NCBI GenBank assembly: GCA_963667665.2
Contig: OY763927.2
Location: 576,001 to 640,000, forward strand
DNA from: Nitrosopumilus sp.
GTDB taxonomy: Archaea > Thermoproteota > Nitrososphaeria > Nitrososphaerales > Nitrosopumilaceae
Direction of reading: 5' to 3'
Length of the DNA: 64,000 nt
The notes under the pieces are model-generated. The model worked only from the letters and a program-made list of their open reading frames with translations. It was not told the DNA's origin and searched no databases. Shown here piece by piece: positions 1-10,570 of the stretch. The first letter of the stretch is position 1; each line of letters starts with the position of its first letter. The position numbers were made by a program, and so were the translations under genes.

Positions 1-599
1 ATCCTCATACGAGGTGTTAGATATCATTGATGCTCAATTACTATTCTTGAAGAATTGTGATTGGGTTGGCTTTATCGCTAGTCGGTATTGCCGAAACCAT
101 GAAATGTCATATCATATGACTATACAGTACTGTACAGCATATCGTACTTTGCTATTCAATCATGGTCGGGGAAAAATCAAAATTTTAAAAAAATAATAAC
201 GATGATTCTTCTGACCATTCTTCACATGTGATACGTTGTCAGTCGTTACTGACAATTCTGAAAACAAGGCGATTAAATTCTTAAAAAGAATGTTACCAAT
301 TACAATACAACCACAATGCAGGTTTGGGCAATGACCTCTTCTATTCCATGACATTCACGCACCAGGAAGCATTGATAACGGTCTGGCTGTAGATGCCAGC
401 TACAGTCTCACTTGGAGGTGAAAAATTACAAATACTGGCAATCAAATTATTCCATTAAATACAAATTTTCCTTGATGGTATGATGTATTCACCATATCAT
501 TATTTTGAATCAAAAAAACAGACCTGCACCAAACATTTGACAGATGCTCAAAAACACTGTGAAGATTAATATTTTCAATGATGTCAAAAAAAACTGTTA

Positions 600-1952
600 A
601 TGGAGAAAAAGAAATTTCTCATTGTTGGAAGCGGAGGACGTGAAAGTGCTTTTGCCATGCAACTCATGCAAGACACGCAAGTTTATGCTGTCATTTCTCA
701 CAAAAATCCGCTCATCATAGATTGTGTGATACAGTCAGGTGGCAAATATTTGGTCGGTGATGCAGATGATCCGCAAACAGTTCTGAACTTTGCAAAAGAG
801 AACAACATAGATTACGCTTTTGTCAACGCAGATCAGCCATTGGCTAATGGTGTTGTTGATGTTCTACTTGATAATAATTTCAAGGCAATTGGTGGAACAA
901 AGGATGCAACACGCATAGAGTGGGATAAAATTTACTCCATTCAAATGATGCAAAAAACGTGTCCAGAGTTTACGCCATTTTACAAAGTTGTTTCAAAAAC
1001 AGAAGAACTATCCGATGCAATAGAATTATTTGAATCAAAAAGACTAGAGATAGTGGTAAAACCACAAGGACTAACAGGAGGCAAAGGTGTCAAAGTAATG
1101 CCTGAACATCTGTCAACATATCATGACTGCATTGACTATGCATCTCTTCTTCTTGAGAAAAACCCTGACCAAAAGGTTCTGTTGGTAGAAAAGCTGCAAG
1201 GCATAGAGTTTACAATCATGGGAATCACTGATGGTACAAACTTGGTTGTATCTCCTGCAAGTTATGACTATCCGTTCAGACATGAGGATGACAAGGGTGC
1301 AGGAACCGGAGGCATGGGATGCTTTACCAACTCAGAGAAAAAACTTCCATTCATGACAGACCGTGACTTGGATGATTGCAGATACATCATGCAAAAAATA
1401 ATTGATGAGATGAAATTGAATCATCTGTTTTTTAACGGTGTTATCAATGGTGGCTTCTTTAAAACTAAACATGGCATAAAATTCATGGAGTTTAACGGAC
1501 GCTTTGGAGATCCTGAAGGATTAAACATTTTAAGCATTCTTGAAGGGTCATTCTCAGAACTGCTGATTCATCTTTGGAACAAGACACTATCTGATGATGT
1601 GGTTTCGTTTGTAAAAAAAGCAAGTGTTGTAAAATATCTGGTTGCACATGAATATCCAGAGCGAAGCGACAAGGCAATCTCTTTTAGCATTAATGAAAAG
1701 GCAATTAATAATCTTGGCGTAAAAACATTCTTTGCATCCTGCATAAAAACAGGAGCACAGCAATATGAAACCCTGAAAAAATCACGGGTTGTCGCATTTA
1801 GTGCGCTTTCAGACAACATAGATGAAGCTTCGTCTTTGATAAATAAAATAATTGAAATGCATGTCAATGGTGATTTGGAGTACAGACATGATATTGGTTC
1901 TCAAAAGAGTCTGGAAAAATTAAAAAAAATCAATGCTGAATTAACTCATTGA
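600..1952 (+). CDS. purD: Phosphoribosylamine--glycine ligase (GAR synthetase), divergent
   Basis: GSGGRE, VVKPxGLxGGKGV, NTGGMG-like GTGGMG and EFNxRFGDPE ATP-grasp PurD motifs. Confidence 0.88.
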   Translation: MEKKKFLIVGSGGRESAFAMQLMQDTQVYAVISHKNPLIIDCVIQSGGKYLVGDADDPQTVLNFAKENNIDYAFVNADQPLANGVVDVLLDNNFKAIGGTKDATRIEWDKIYSIQMMQKTCPEFTPFYKVVSKTEELSDAIELFESKRLEIVVKPQGLTGGKGVKVMPEHLSTYHDCIDYASLLLEKNPDQKVLLVEKLQGIEFTIMGITDGTNLVVSPASYDYPFRHEDDKGAGTGGMGCFTNSEKKLPFMTDRDLDDCRYIMQKIIDEMKLNHLFFNGVINGGFFKTKHGIKFMEFNGRFGDPEGLNILSILEGSFSELLIHLWNKTLSDDVVSFVKKASVVKYLVAHEYPERSDKAISFSINEKAINNLGVKTFFASCIKTGAQQYETLKKSRVVAFSALSDNIDEASSLINKIIEMHVNGDLEYRHDIGSQKSLEKLKKINAELTH

Positions 1953-2028
1953 GAAACCATATTATTTTAGAGATTCAAAAATACAGATAATTTCAGTCCT
2001 TTAAATTCAATTTTAATCCATATGTATA

Positions 2029-2418
2029 ATGCCAAAACTCCAAGTATTCTCTAAAACAAAAAAAGAGAATTACGGGATACAAAGACATGATTCTTACAAT
2101 GTTATCATACCCTACAAAGTAGTTCAGGACATGAATATGCAAGACAACATGTTGCTTTATGCAACAACATCAGTAAAAACTGGAACCATACGATTGCACA
2201 CAAAACCACTCAAAGACTGTGTCACAGTCAAGATTCGTCAGAGACTAACCAAAACATACAGGAATCAGAGGTATTATTCCTCAAAAGTGACAATCCCAAT
2301 CGAATTTGCAAGACTATTACATCTAAAAAAGAATGACAATCTAACCATTAATTGCAACAAAGACACCATCATAATCAAGAAAATGCATCAAAAAAACCAT
2401 ATGCGAAATTCATCATAG
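2029..2418 (+). CDS. Putative tandem AbrB/MazE-type DNA-binding protein
   Basis: C-terminal KVTIPIEFARLLHLKKNDNL resembles the swapped-hairpin signature; similar N-terminal VIIPYKVV. Confidence 0.55.
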   Translation: MPKLQVFSKTKKENYGIQRHDSYNVIIPYKVVQDMNMQDNMLLYATTSVKTGTIRLHTKPLKDCVTVKIRQRLTKTYRNQRYYSSKVTIPIEFARLLHLKKNDNLTINCNKDTIIIKKMHQKNHMRNSS

Positions 2419-2526
2419 TCCGAAAATTGTATAATTTTCTGCAACCGTCCAATTAACTTTAACCATACACTTTTTTTTTCTCTTCTTTTAATTTTCTGCT
2501 ACCGTAGTTTAGAACTGTATTAGTTT

Positions 2527-2823
2527 CATAATTGTTCCATAATTGTTCCAATTAAAATTAAAATTCAGAATACGCCCCCCCATGAATAAATTTAAACTCT
2601 GAGAGAAAAATCATCGAATCTAAAATTCAACTTTTAAGATAAAATTCAAATTTAATTTCATTCCAGGAATCATTCAAGCCAGGCCCCCCATGACATATTC
2701 AATTAAAAGTTAATTTTCATGAATTTTTTAAAACTAATCTAGATTTAATTTTTCTCTCAAATCTTTTTGTTTCATCAAGCCCCCTATGCTTAGTTTGAAG
2801 TTAATTTTTCTCTCAGAGTTTAA
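2527..2823. repeat. Intergenic repeat cluster: three GCCCCC(C/T)ATG tracts and a perfect 19-bp inverted repeat
   Basis: C-tracts at ~2574, ~2683 and ~2779; TTAAACTCTGAGAGAAAAA (2592-2610) is the reverse complement of 2805-2823; tandem CATAATTGTTC at 2527-2548. Confidence 0.7.
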
Positions 2824-3232
2824 TTTTTTCAGGAAAGATAAATTTTCTACGACCTGAAGTACAACAACACGTTCAAAATACTTTTCATCAAATTAAAACT
2901 CATAACGAATATGTTGATCTAGTGTTAAAAATGAAGGATGAAGTCAATATAGAAAATTATTTGTAATGGTAATTAAATATTGATTTTAGATTGACGTGTG
3001 GGGATTATAACCAAATATTATTTTTATTAAATAAAAAAATATTCTTTGTTTGGATTATTAGAAAGCACAAGATCGCTTAACACTATTTATCATAAATCTT
3101 TACTCTAAATTATTCAAAAACACACAAATTGAGATAAATGAAATTTGATAATCTACTATTTAAAAAATAATTGATCGCCAAAAATACAAATTCTGATCTA
3201 TACTTAATAATAATATATTTTTGTAAAATCTA

Positions 3233-4222
3233 ATGACTACAAAAACAATGTTAGGACTAGTAGTTCTGGCAATCGGATTATCAACAATTCCAGCATTTGC
3301 AGAATCAGATACTATCTTATCACCACATCAACAATTCAAAAACGGTACACCAATAAACCAAATTCAATGTACAGATTCTAAAATTCTTATGGAATCACCA
3401 CGAAATACACCAGCTTGCGTTAATGAATCTAGTGTTGAAAAACTAGAGAATAAAGGATTCATTCTAGTTGATGTTGTAAGTGTTGTTGAATTAAAATCAA
3501 ACTCTACAACTTCTCCAACTCAAAAAGAATCTCCCCAAAAATTGGAAGAAGATTTAATGTTTCAAATATCATCTAATGATGAATTCTCTGGAGAACTATA
3601 TGGACATTACAACCCCACACATTTAAGGAAACCTGCACCATATAATGCATCCCAAAATTTTTCATCTGATCATTATGATATGCAAAGTATTTCCGCTTTA
3701 TCTTCTGGTAAATCCATTTCATCTACTGTACTATCTGAATTTGTTACATCATCTTCTGATCATCCTAATGCAATTAATTTTATCCAATGGATGCCGACAC
3801 ACATTCCAGATGGATTTGAATTAAAATGGATTGAGATTTCCCAACCCGAAGTTTTTGGAGATGATATTGGTCGATTACAATTATGGTATTACCCAAATAT
3901 TATTGAAGTTTCAGGAGATATGTTGAATGTTGAACTTGCAGATATAGCTTCTATGGGTGTAGGTGTCACTATTTATCCATATAAGGAAGTTCCATTTAAA
4001 CAAGAAAGAATTGATCGGATAACAAAAGATGGAACAAGCACTCAAGTATTGGTTGAAGAAAAATATGGTGGAACACTTGTAACCATTGTAGAATCTCCAC
4101 CAGCTCCTGACAAAAGAGGATTTGAACTTAACACTAACACATATCAATTAGATGTTGGTGGTGGTGGTCTCCCCTTAGAGGAATATGAACGCATTTTACT
4201 ACATGTTTTAGAGCGTCAATGA
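3233..4222 (+). CDS. Secreted protein with thaumarchaeal SPxQQ..C..PACV module
   Basis: Signal peptide ending AFA, then SPHQQFKNG..IQC..PACV..KLENKGF. Confidence 0.75.
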   Translation: MTTKTMLGLVVLAIGLSTIPAFAESDTILSPHQQFKNGTPINQIQCTDSKILMESPRNTPACVNESSVEKLENKGFILVDVVSVVELKSNSTTSPTQKESPQKLEEDLMFQISSNDEFSGELYGHYNPTHLRKPAPYNASQNFSSDHYDMQSISALSSGKSISSTVLSEFVTSSSDHPNAINFIQWMPTHIPDGFELKWIEISQPEVFGDDIGRLQLWYYPNIIEVSGDMLNVELADIASMGVGVTIYPYKEVPFKQERIDRITKDGTSTQVLVEEKYGGTLVTIVESPPAPDKRGFELNTNTYQLDVGGGGLPLEEYERILLHVLERQ

Positions 4223-4558
4223 AAATTCTATTTTTAATATTACTAATCTCTGGTGCAACAATTACATTTTATGATGTATCTGCTCTATGTATTGACCCTC
4301 ACTGCTATGCAATAACTATTACAAATGAACTAGACACAAACTATCAAGGGTTACAATATGTCATTGAGATTCCAGCATTTGCAGAATCAGATACTATATC
4401 ACCACATCAACAATTCAAAAACGGTACACCAATAAACCAAATTCAATGTACAGATTCTAAAATTCTTATGGAATCTACTAGAAACACACCAGCTTGCGTT
4501 AATGAATCTAGTGTTGAAAAACTAGAGAATAAAGGATTCATTCTAGTTGATGTTGTAA
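3287..4558 (+). repeat. ~190-bp near-identical direct repeat (3287-3479 and 4369-4558)
   Basis: Both copies start ATTCCAGCATTTGCAGAATCAGATACTAT and end GTTGATGTTGTAA; one 3-bp indel and a few clustered substitutions. Confidence 0.95.
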
Positions 4559-5877
4559 CTATTACAGAATCAAAAACAACACATGCAGATTCTATAATAC
4601 CAACTAGTGATAATTCAATTAATTATGATGCAGAATTAATGTCTATTTTAGAAAAAGACTTAGTTTTTACCAACAAGGAAACAAATCCAAATGCATTTTC
4701 TGAGTTGGGATCTGGTAATGGAATACACTGGCCAATATACAAAGTAACATACCCATCTACAGCACAAGTTGGAGTTCCTTTTGATGTTATCTATGATTAT
4801 TCCTTTGTGATACCTGATGAGGAAACTGGAAGTTATGTGAATAATAATGAGCAATGTTCTGAAAATAGTTGTGGACGAATGCACCTCTCTGCTAAAGTAT
4901 CTAGTTATGTTAATGCAACATCAGATAATTTGGAGCATGTTCGTGATCATAATGGTGGCGAAACGGTTCCAATGACAAACAGTACTGTGTATTATTCTTA
5001 TCCCGAATTTGATAACACACAACCACTTGAAGAAACATTTACTTTTGTTATCAATGAACCTGACATAGACTATAGAATTGGTGAAATCAATGTAAATATG
5101 AGGTTTAACAATAATGATTTGGTTTACTTTTATGTAGGTGCAGATGGAAATATCATTTTTGATCCAATGATGAAAAAAGAAACCTTTGAAAATAGTTCAC
5201 TTGCAAAGTCTACTGCTCCATCTGTTATGAATACTGCATCTGTAATTCGAACAGAATTAAATAAACTACAGGAACGAACCTATGATGCTACTCAACCTTC
5301 TATTCCAGCTCCTGTTGGCTTACGAGATGGTCCTCCTCCTGAATTGTATGGATACTTTGCAGAAAGACTATTGCGTGAAAATCCAGATGTAAATTATGAA
5401 GAGTTTTTACAATTTCATAATTTCACTCAATCATGGATAGATGACTTTCTAAATGCAATGCCTCACCTAAAACCAGATGATAGTTTGACTTCTCAGGTAA
5501 TTGACTTTCTGACATCCTATATGCTTCTGCCACCAGCTTATGGTGCAGAAGCTACCACCACTATTTTTGGTCAATTAGTAAATACTGATGAGAATGGCTC
5601 TTCTGTTTTTGTTCATGGTGGAACTGTCTGTGCTTATGATTCAGATAGTTTTGGTCTTAATCCTATTATTGTAAATAATGAACATGCATGTTCAGAGACT
5701 GTCCAATCTGGTACTTTCGTTTTTGATGTTCCCACAATTGATCCTAATGGTTCTGGTAATACTGATTTAGTTTTAAAGGCATTTGCAAAAAATTCACATT
5801 TTGAATTTTTTTTAAACAATAATGAAGATGAAGTAACAGTTACCGATTCTACAATTTTTTTAGGTACGGGCAGTTGA
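4219..5877 (+). CDS. Chimeric secreted protein, probably 3'-truncated
   Basis: Own signal peptide and LCIDPHCYAI segment fused to an internal copy of the IPAFAESD module; 3' end overlaps the opposite-strand gene by 244 bp. Confidence 0.6.
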   Translation: MKILFLILLISGATITFYDVSALCIDPHCYAITITNELDTNYQGLQYVIEIPAFAESDTISPHQQFKNGTPINQIQCTDSKILMESTRNTPACVNESSVEKLENKGFILVDVVTITESKTTHADSIIPTSDNSINYDAELMSILEKDLVFTNKETNPNAFSELGSGNGIHWPIYKVTYPSTAQVGVPFDVIYDYSFVIPDEETGSYVNNNEQCSENSCGRMHLSAKVSSYVNATSDNLEHVRDHNGGETVPMTNSTVYYSYPEFDNTQPLEETFTFVINEPDIDYRIGEINVNMRFNNNDLVYFYVGADGNIIFDPMMKKETFENSSLAKSTAPSVMNTASVIRTELNKLQERTYDATQPSIPAPVGLRDGPPPELYGYFAERLLRENPDVNYEEFLQFHNFTQSWIDDFLNAMPHLKPDDSLTSQVIDFLTSYMLLPPAYGAEATTTIFGQLVNTDENGSSVFVHGGTVCAYDSDSFGLNPIIVNNEHACSETVQSGTFVFDVPTIDPNGSGNTDLVLKAFAKNSHFEFFLNNNEDEVTVTDSTIFLGTGS

Positions 5878-6674
5878 ATTGTAGTTTGTGAGTATGAATT
5901 TTCATCCTGATCTGGTTCTATAACGTTGATTGCTCCTTGAATCCAGGGGTGATATTTACAATAAATGTAATATGCCCCTATGTCTAATCTCTGAGAATTT
6001 ATGGTATTTTTTTCATTAGCTGTTAACACTCCTGTTGAAAATACACTTTCTCCATTAACATCTAATCCTTCAATGTAATGTGTGTCTGTATCCCTATTTT
6101 GAAATTCTATCAGCATTGATTTTTCAATTGTAATACTTGATGGATTAAAACACTGATCTTTTCGTTTACAGTCAAATGTTGCTGCACCTTCATTAATTTT
6201 GATTATTTTTTTTGTTGCATCTTGTTTGGCTGGGTCAAATACCCAAAATGCAGTACTTGTAAATAATGTCTCTGTCTTATTTTTAAACCACGCTTGAATA
6301 TTATATGTTCCTTCACTAATCCCATAATCATCGATTTCTAAAATGTATGGAATGTAGAAATTTCCTTTATCATTTGTTAGTGTTTTTAGATTGATTATTT
6401 TTCCATCGGGGTATGTTACATTCAAAAATATTACCATATTCTTTGATGGAATTTCACTTGGGATTTCACCGTAGATTTTTACGGCATCTAAATTAGTCAT
6501 TGGAAATCTACTAGGATCTGTATAGATTGAAAATTTTGTTTCTACCTCACTTATTCCAAAATACTCTTCAATATCTTCAATTTCTTCTAGTTGGCCATAT
6601 GCCGTATTAGCTGATATTACAAATAATCCTAAAATTGCGAATGCTATGGCTAATTGGTTGTTTGACACGAGCAA
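5634..6674 (-). CDS. Secreted cupredoxin (plastocyanin-like) domain protein, probably 3'-truncated
   Basis: Signal peptide; C..CFNPSSITI, NxDxxxH and YCKYHPWIQG blue-copper motifs. Confidence 0.75.
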   Translation of the reverse strand: MLVSNNQLAIAFAILGLFVISANTAYGQLEEIEDIEEYFGISEVETKFSIYTDPSRFPMTNLDAVKIYGEIPSEIPSKNMVIFLNVTYPDGKIINLKTLTNDKGNFYIPYILEIDDYGISEGTYNIQAWFKNKTETLFTSTAFWVFDPAKQDATKKIIKINEGAATFDCKRKDQCFNPSSITIEKSMLIEFQNRDTDTHYIEGLDVNGESVFSTGVLTANEKNTINSQRLDIGAYYIYCKYHPWIQGAINVIEPDQDENSYSQTTIQLPVPKKIVESVTVTSSSLLFKKNSKCEFFANAFKTKSVLPEPLGSIVGTSKTKVPDWTVSEHACSLFTIIGLRPKLSES

Positions 6675-7078
6675 ATTTGAGTTAAAATCATTTAAGACTG
6701 AATTTCATACTAATTTTTTATTTCATTAAAATTATCTTTATTAATTTTTTTCAATATTATCATGCTGATTTTCTAATTTTTGTTGCAATTGGTTACTTAT
6801 TTTTCAAGTATTTGTGACCAATACTAAAAAACAATGATCCAAAAAACAAACCAACTGAACTTTATAATTTCTACGATAAACATCCAAAGTTATTTGTCTT
6901 GACAGTAATTTTGGCATTGCTTGGAATTAATGAAGTGTTTAATATTATTGGCGGTATCTTTGGGTTTATCTTTTTGCCTTGTTATCCTGACGATGACACT
7001 ATTAACATATCATATTGGTTAAAATCAGGATTGGGATTTGTTTGATTAATGTCGTATTCCATTCCCTAAATACTTAGT

Positions 7079-7294
7079 TCAAAGTAATTCAAGAAATTCT
7101 TTTTTTGTCAATCCACAATCAGAAACTATTTGCAATATCAATCCTTTACCTAGTTCTTTTTTTCTAGGAATAGAAGTCCATAATCCATTACCGTTTTCAA
7201 CAATAATGTGACTTCCAGTTTGTCGTGTAGGATAAAAATCTCGTTTCCGTATTGCTTTGAGTATTTCTCTATACCCAATAACAGGAAGGCTCAA
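7079..7294 (-). CDS. hicA: HicA-family mRNA interferase toxin
   Basis: RQTGSHII motif, 71 aa, downstream of a HicB-like gene. Confidence 0.85.
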   Translation of the reverse strand: MSLPVIGYREILKAIRKRDFYPTRQTGSHIIVENGNGLWTSIPRKKELGKGLILQIVSDCGLTKKEFLELL

Positions 7295-7509
7295 AGAGAC
7301 ACAGTAACTAATTTTGATGCTAAATCTTTCTTTTTATCTTCAAGGTAAGATTTGCATAGTTTGATCGCTTTTTTGGTATCTGTAATTGCTTCTTGTTTTG
7401 TGTTTCCTTGACCTTTGGCTTGCTGTATTTCCAAACAATAACCAACATAGAATTCTCCATCTTTTTTGACTAGAATATTGTAATCTTCTTTTTTATTCAT
7501 ATTTTTCAT
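7291..7509 (-). CDS. hicB: HicB-family antitoxin
   Basis: YVGYCLEI..GQGNTKQEAI..KKAI; 4-bp overlap with hicA. Confidence 0.85.
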   Translation of the reverse strand: MKNMNKKEDYNILVKKDGEFYVGYCLEIQQAKGQGNTKQEAITDTKKAIKLCKSYLEDKKKDLASKLVTVSL

Positions 7510-7798
7510 ATAAATTTCAAATTATATAAAATAGATCAAAATGTTGTATCAAATTTTTTTGAGTTTAACTATCGTCTCACAACAGTTAACTTTGTGTTTA
7601 TAATCGAATCATTTTCTACTAGGTTCACATGTGTAAACGTTAAAGATTAGACAACTTTTATTCATTCTAACCATAAATTCTCGATATTTAATATAAATTC
7701 TAACCTGAGATTATTTGGTTAAAATAGTTCCGTTTCCCATACTATACCATGCAAAGAAGCATGTTAATTTTTGAAAATTCCATGATAAAATCAAATTC

Positions 7799-8102
7799 GT
7801 GGATAACCCATTAGAACAGATGGCAAAAGAGATTGATGATATTGTCACTCATCCTGAAAATCCATCTGATGATGAACTACAAAGAATTTCTTCGTTGTTT
7901 TACTTTGTAAAATGTAGTGATTCTAATTTCAGAAATAATGTTAGATTTGACTCTGTCTTCAAGTTTTGTCAAAAAAAATATCCCAAATCAACAGAAAAGG
8001 GAAATTTCTTCAAGATTTGTAATTATAGATGAGATAACTAATTTGGATATTGGTATTGAGAAAGAAATAATATCGGCTGTAAAACGTGTTGTTGGACAAT
8101 AA
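7799..8102 (+). pseudogene. Hypothetical protein, apparently frameshifted
   Basis: Two overlapping short ORFs (7799-8032 and 7917-8102) in different frames. Confidence 0.3.
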
Positions 8103-8194
8103 CTTAGAGTCTGTATAGACTGTTTCAAATGGTTTATTTAGAATATGAAATGATTTTAGAGATAATAAAACCATAACATATTGTAATAGTTATA

Positions 8195-8410
8195 ATGACA
8201 GCCAAGACAATAATCATTCCAGATATTCACAATGATTATTTCACAGCAGAAAAAATAATCAAAAAAGAAAATCCAGACAAAATCATATTTCTGGGAGATT
8301 ATTTTGATGATTTTGATGATACTGTAAAAGATTCAGAAAATACACTTCAATCATATACCGTTAATGACCTGTATTATCACAATTATGTTATATCCACGCA
8401 TGCCAACTGA
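8195..8410 (+). pseudogene. Metallophosphoesterase N-terminal fragment
   Basis: IIPDIHN and FLGDYFD motifs, then abrupt loss before the GNH motif; runs into the opposite-strand gene. Confidence 0.8.
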
Positions 8411-9966
8411 TCTTCCAAATCTTGAATGCGTTGTACCAAACCATTATACGTATTCGTATTGACATCAAGTGCCTCCGTGTCTGCGGTATTCTTCAATGAC
8501 TGACGCTGTACCGACACCTGCTCAAGATCATCGTTCAACATATCTATCTCAGCCTGGACTCTCATTCCTGCCACAGTAGAAATATCCGGTCTTTCTACGT
8601 GAGGTATGCCAAAATTCCTGTCATCATATACACGTATAGAATCAACATTAAAAAAATCGCCAGAGTGCATCAGGTGTGTTTTATCATCCACGTGCCTGAG
8701 TCCAAGATAGTGCCCTATCTCGTGTGCAACAATGTATTGAATAGTTTTATGCGTAAACGGTTGATATGTAGAATGGCAGTCATCGATTCCGAGCCTTACA
8801 GTTATAGAGTGTCTTTCCCTGGTGCCGTCATCAGTAACTCTTGCGCTGTGCAACCCCAATGCAGATCCTGGCATGTACCGTGCCCACTGAATATTCACAT
8901 CTGCATCGGATTCAACTATGGTAAAATCTACATTTGTATTTGCCATGTCCCAGACCCGCGTTGCATCGCTAATAGCCCTCTCTACCGTGGGCTCATCTGC
9001 ATATACAGGTACGTCATCGTATGACACGGTGTGTATATTTGATGCATATTCACTCGTAGTCAGAATCTCTTGCGGTTCTGGATCCACATGAGTCGTATCC
9101 AATTCACTTGATGCGTCTTGAGCGTGTCTCTCGAGGATAATAACATCTATTTCCGGTATGGTCACCTTCTGATCGAATGTTGTGGTGTACTCTGCAAGCC
9201 CCTTTGAGATGCCCCAGAATGCGATCGTCTCACGACCATCAGTCATAAACGGCGGAAGTTCATTCTCAGCCCTATCAAGCCAGTCCTTCTCCCCCTCTGT
9301 TACGGGCTTGTAATTGAGCAGTATTATGTCAGTTGCTGTAAACCGTTCCTGAGTAATTCCTACTCGCAGTATGTATTCGTCGAATGATTGTTTTTTCACT
9401 TGCACCAGAGTACCCTCGTACCGCACTATCTCGCCTGTATGAATTTCACTTTGATTTATGAGCGATTCGTACGGTATAGTCACTGCCTGTCCCTTTATCT
9501 CTTCATCGGTGTACTGTGCAACCGGTTCCGTCTCAAAGGTGCTCGCAGCTAACATGGGCACAAGGAACAACATGGTAATTCCTACCCCCAACCCAAGCGT
9601 CTTGTAGGCCATACTTTTATTTCTCCTGCGCAGTTTTGCGTAGGCAATCAAACCTCCCAACGCCCCCAAAAATATCGGAAGGACATACCATGCCTTGCTT
9701 GGGTGTGAGCCATTTACTGCTTCACTAGAAACGGACTGCTGGTCAGGTGGTAGGCTTGTGACACTATCCTGAGATGTATCGGGTTGTTCAGATTCATCCT
9801 CAGATTCACTGGTTATTTCCTTGCGCAACTGCCCAAACTTTTGCCGTACGTATTGCTCATCGCTGTTGTATATGGGGCGACCGCTTTCGATGCGATCCAT
9901 GATGTATGCCAGTCTCTTTTGGTCGCCCATTTTAGCATCTTGAAGATCCTTTACAATATCTTGCAA
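8383..9966 (-). CDS. Membrane-anchored matrixin-family (metzincin) metalloprotease with OB-fold-like central domain
   Basis: HEIGHYLGLRH zinc motif and LM Met-turn; two TM helices (AWYVLPIFLGALGG); GC-richer than the host backbone. Confidence 0.85.
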   Translation of the reverse strand: MQDIVKDLQDAKMGDQKRLAYIMDRIESGRPIYNSDEQYVRQKFGQLRKEITSESEDESEQPDTSQDSVTSLPPDQQSVSSEAVNGSHPSKAWYVLPIFLGALGGLIAYAKLRRRNKSMAYKTLGLGVGITMLFLVPMLAASTFETEPVAQYTDEEIKGQAVTIPYESLINQSEIHTGEIVRYEGTLVQVKKQSFDEYILRVGITQERFTATDIILLNYKPVTEGEKDWLDRAENELPPFMTDGRETIAFWGISKGLAEYTTTFDQKVTIPEIDVIILERHAQDASSELDTTHVDPEPQEILTTSEYASNIHTVSYDDVPVYADEPTVERAISDATRVWDMANTNVDFTIVESDADVNIQWARYMPGSALGLHSARVTDDGTRERHSITVRLGIDDCHSTYQPFTHKTIQYIVAHEIGHYLGLRHVDDKTHLMHSGDFFNVDSIRVYDDRNFGIPHVERPDISTVAGMRVQAEIDMLNDDLEQVSVQRQSLKNTADTEALDVNTNTYNGLVQRIQDLEDQLACVDIT

Positions 9967-10237
9967 GGAAATATCATCATCTAACTTGGATCACTTAGAA
10001 GTATGGTGTCGTCATACTATTTTAAACCTACTTTGGAATCAGACACATGCTGCGCAAGGTAGTGATATACCGCAAGATGCGTCAAAAGATGGTGACTATC
10101 GGAGAGAAGATCACGTTCGGCACCATAATGACATGTCTATTCACGTGGGACAAGTTGGGGCTGAACCGGTTCGAAAAACTGTCAGAGGCGTTTTGGGTAA
10201 CCTAACCTCTTGCTTACCGGACGCACATAGGCTTTAA

Positions 10238-10570
10238 TTGAATTACAATAATTGCATGAATATGAGCCAACATATTCCAGACTATGTCTTTCCAGAAGAG
10301 ATAGATCAGCAGGTACGTGACAATATCGCTGATCTATATGATGGTGCTTACGATGGCATCCTACTAAATGAAGTGTTTGGAGCAGTTGAGATTCTAATAA
10401 TCATAGCTGTTTGGATTGTTGGCATCTCTCTGCTATCGGGTTTAGCAATTCTATGCGTTCGGAGAATATTCAAGTTTGCTGGTGCTGGCAATTTATCGCT
10501 TATTGATTTACTCAAGAAAGCTGTGGGGGAGGTAAAGAATGAAAAGCCATTCATCTTACACATGTTATGA
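10238..10570 (+). CDS. Hypothetical membrane protein
   Basis: 110-aa ORF with one long hydrophobic segment. Confidence 0.45.
   Translation: MNYNNCMNMSQHIPDYVFPEEIDQQVRDNIADLYDGAYDGILLNEVFGAVEILIIIAVWIVGISLLSGLAILCVRRIFKFAGAGNLSLIDLLKKAVGEVKNEKPFILHML

Noticed and set aside
1-500. Short ORFs or a possible leader RNA upstream of purD
   Set aside because: No recognisable protein or riboswitch motif
3287-4558. Possible DGR template/variable repeat pair
   Set aside because: Differences are not adenine-specific, the repeat is N-terminal, and no reverse transcriptase is present
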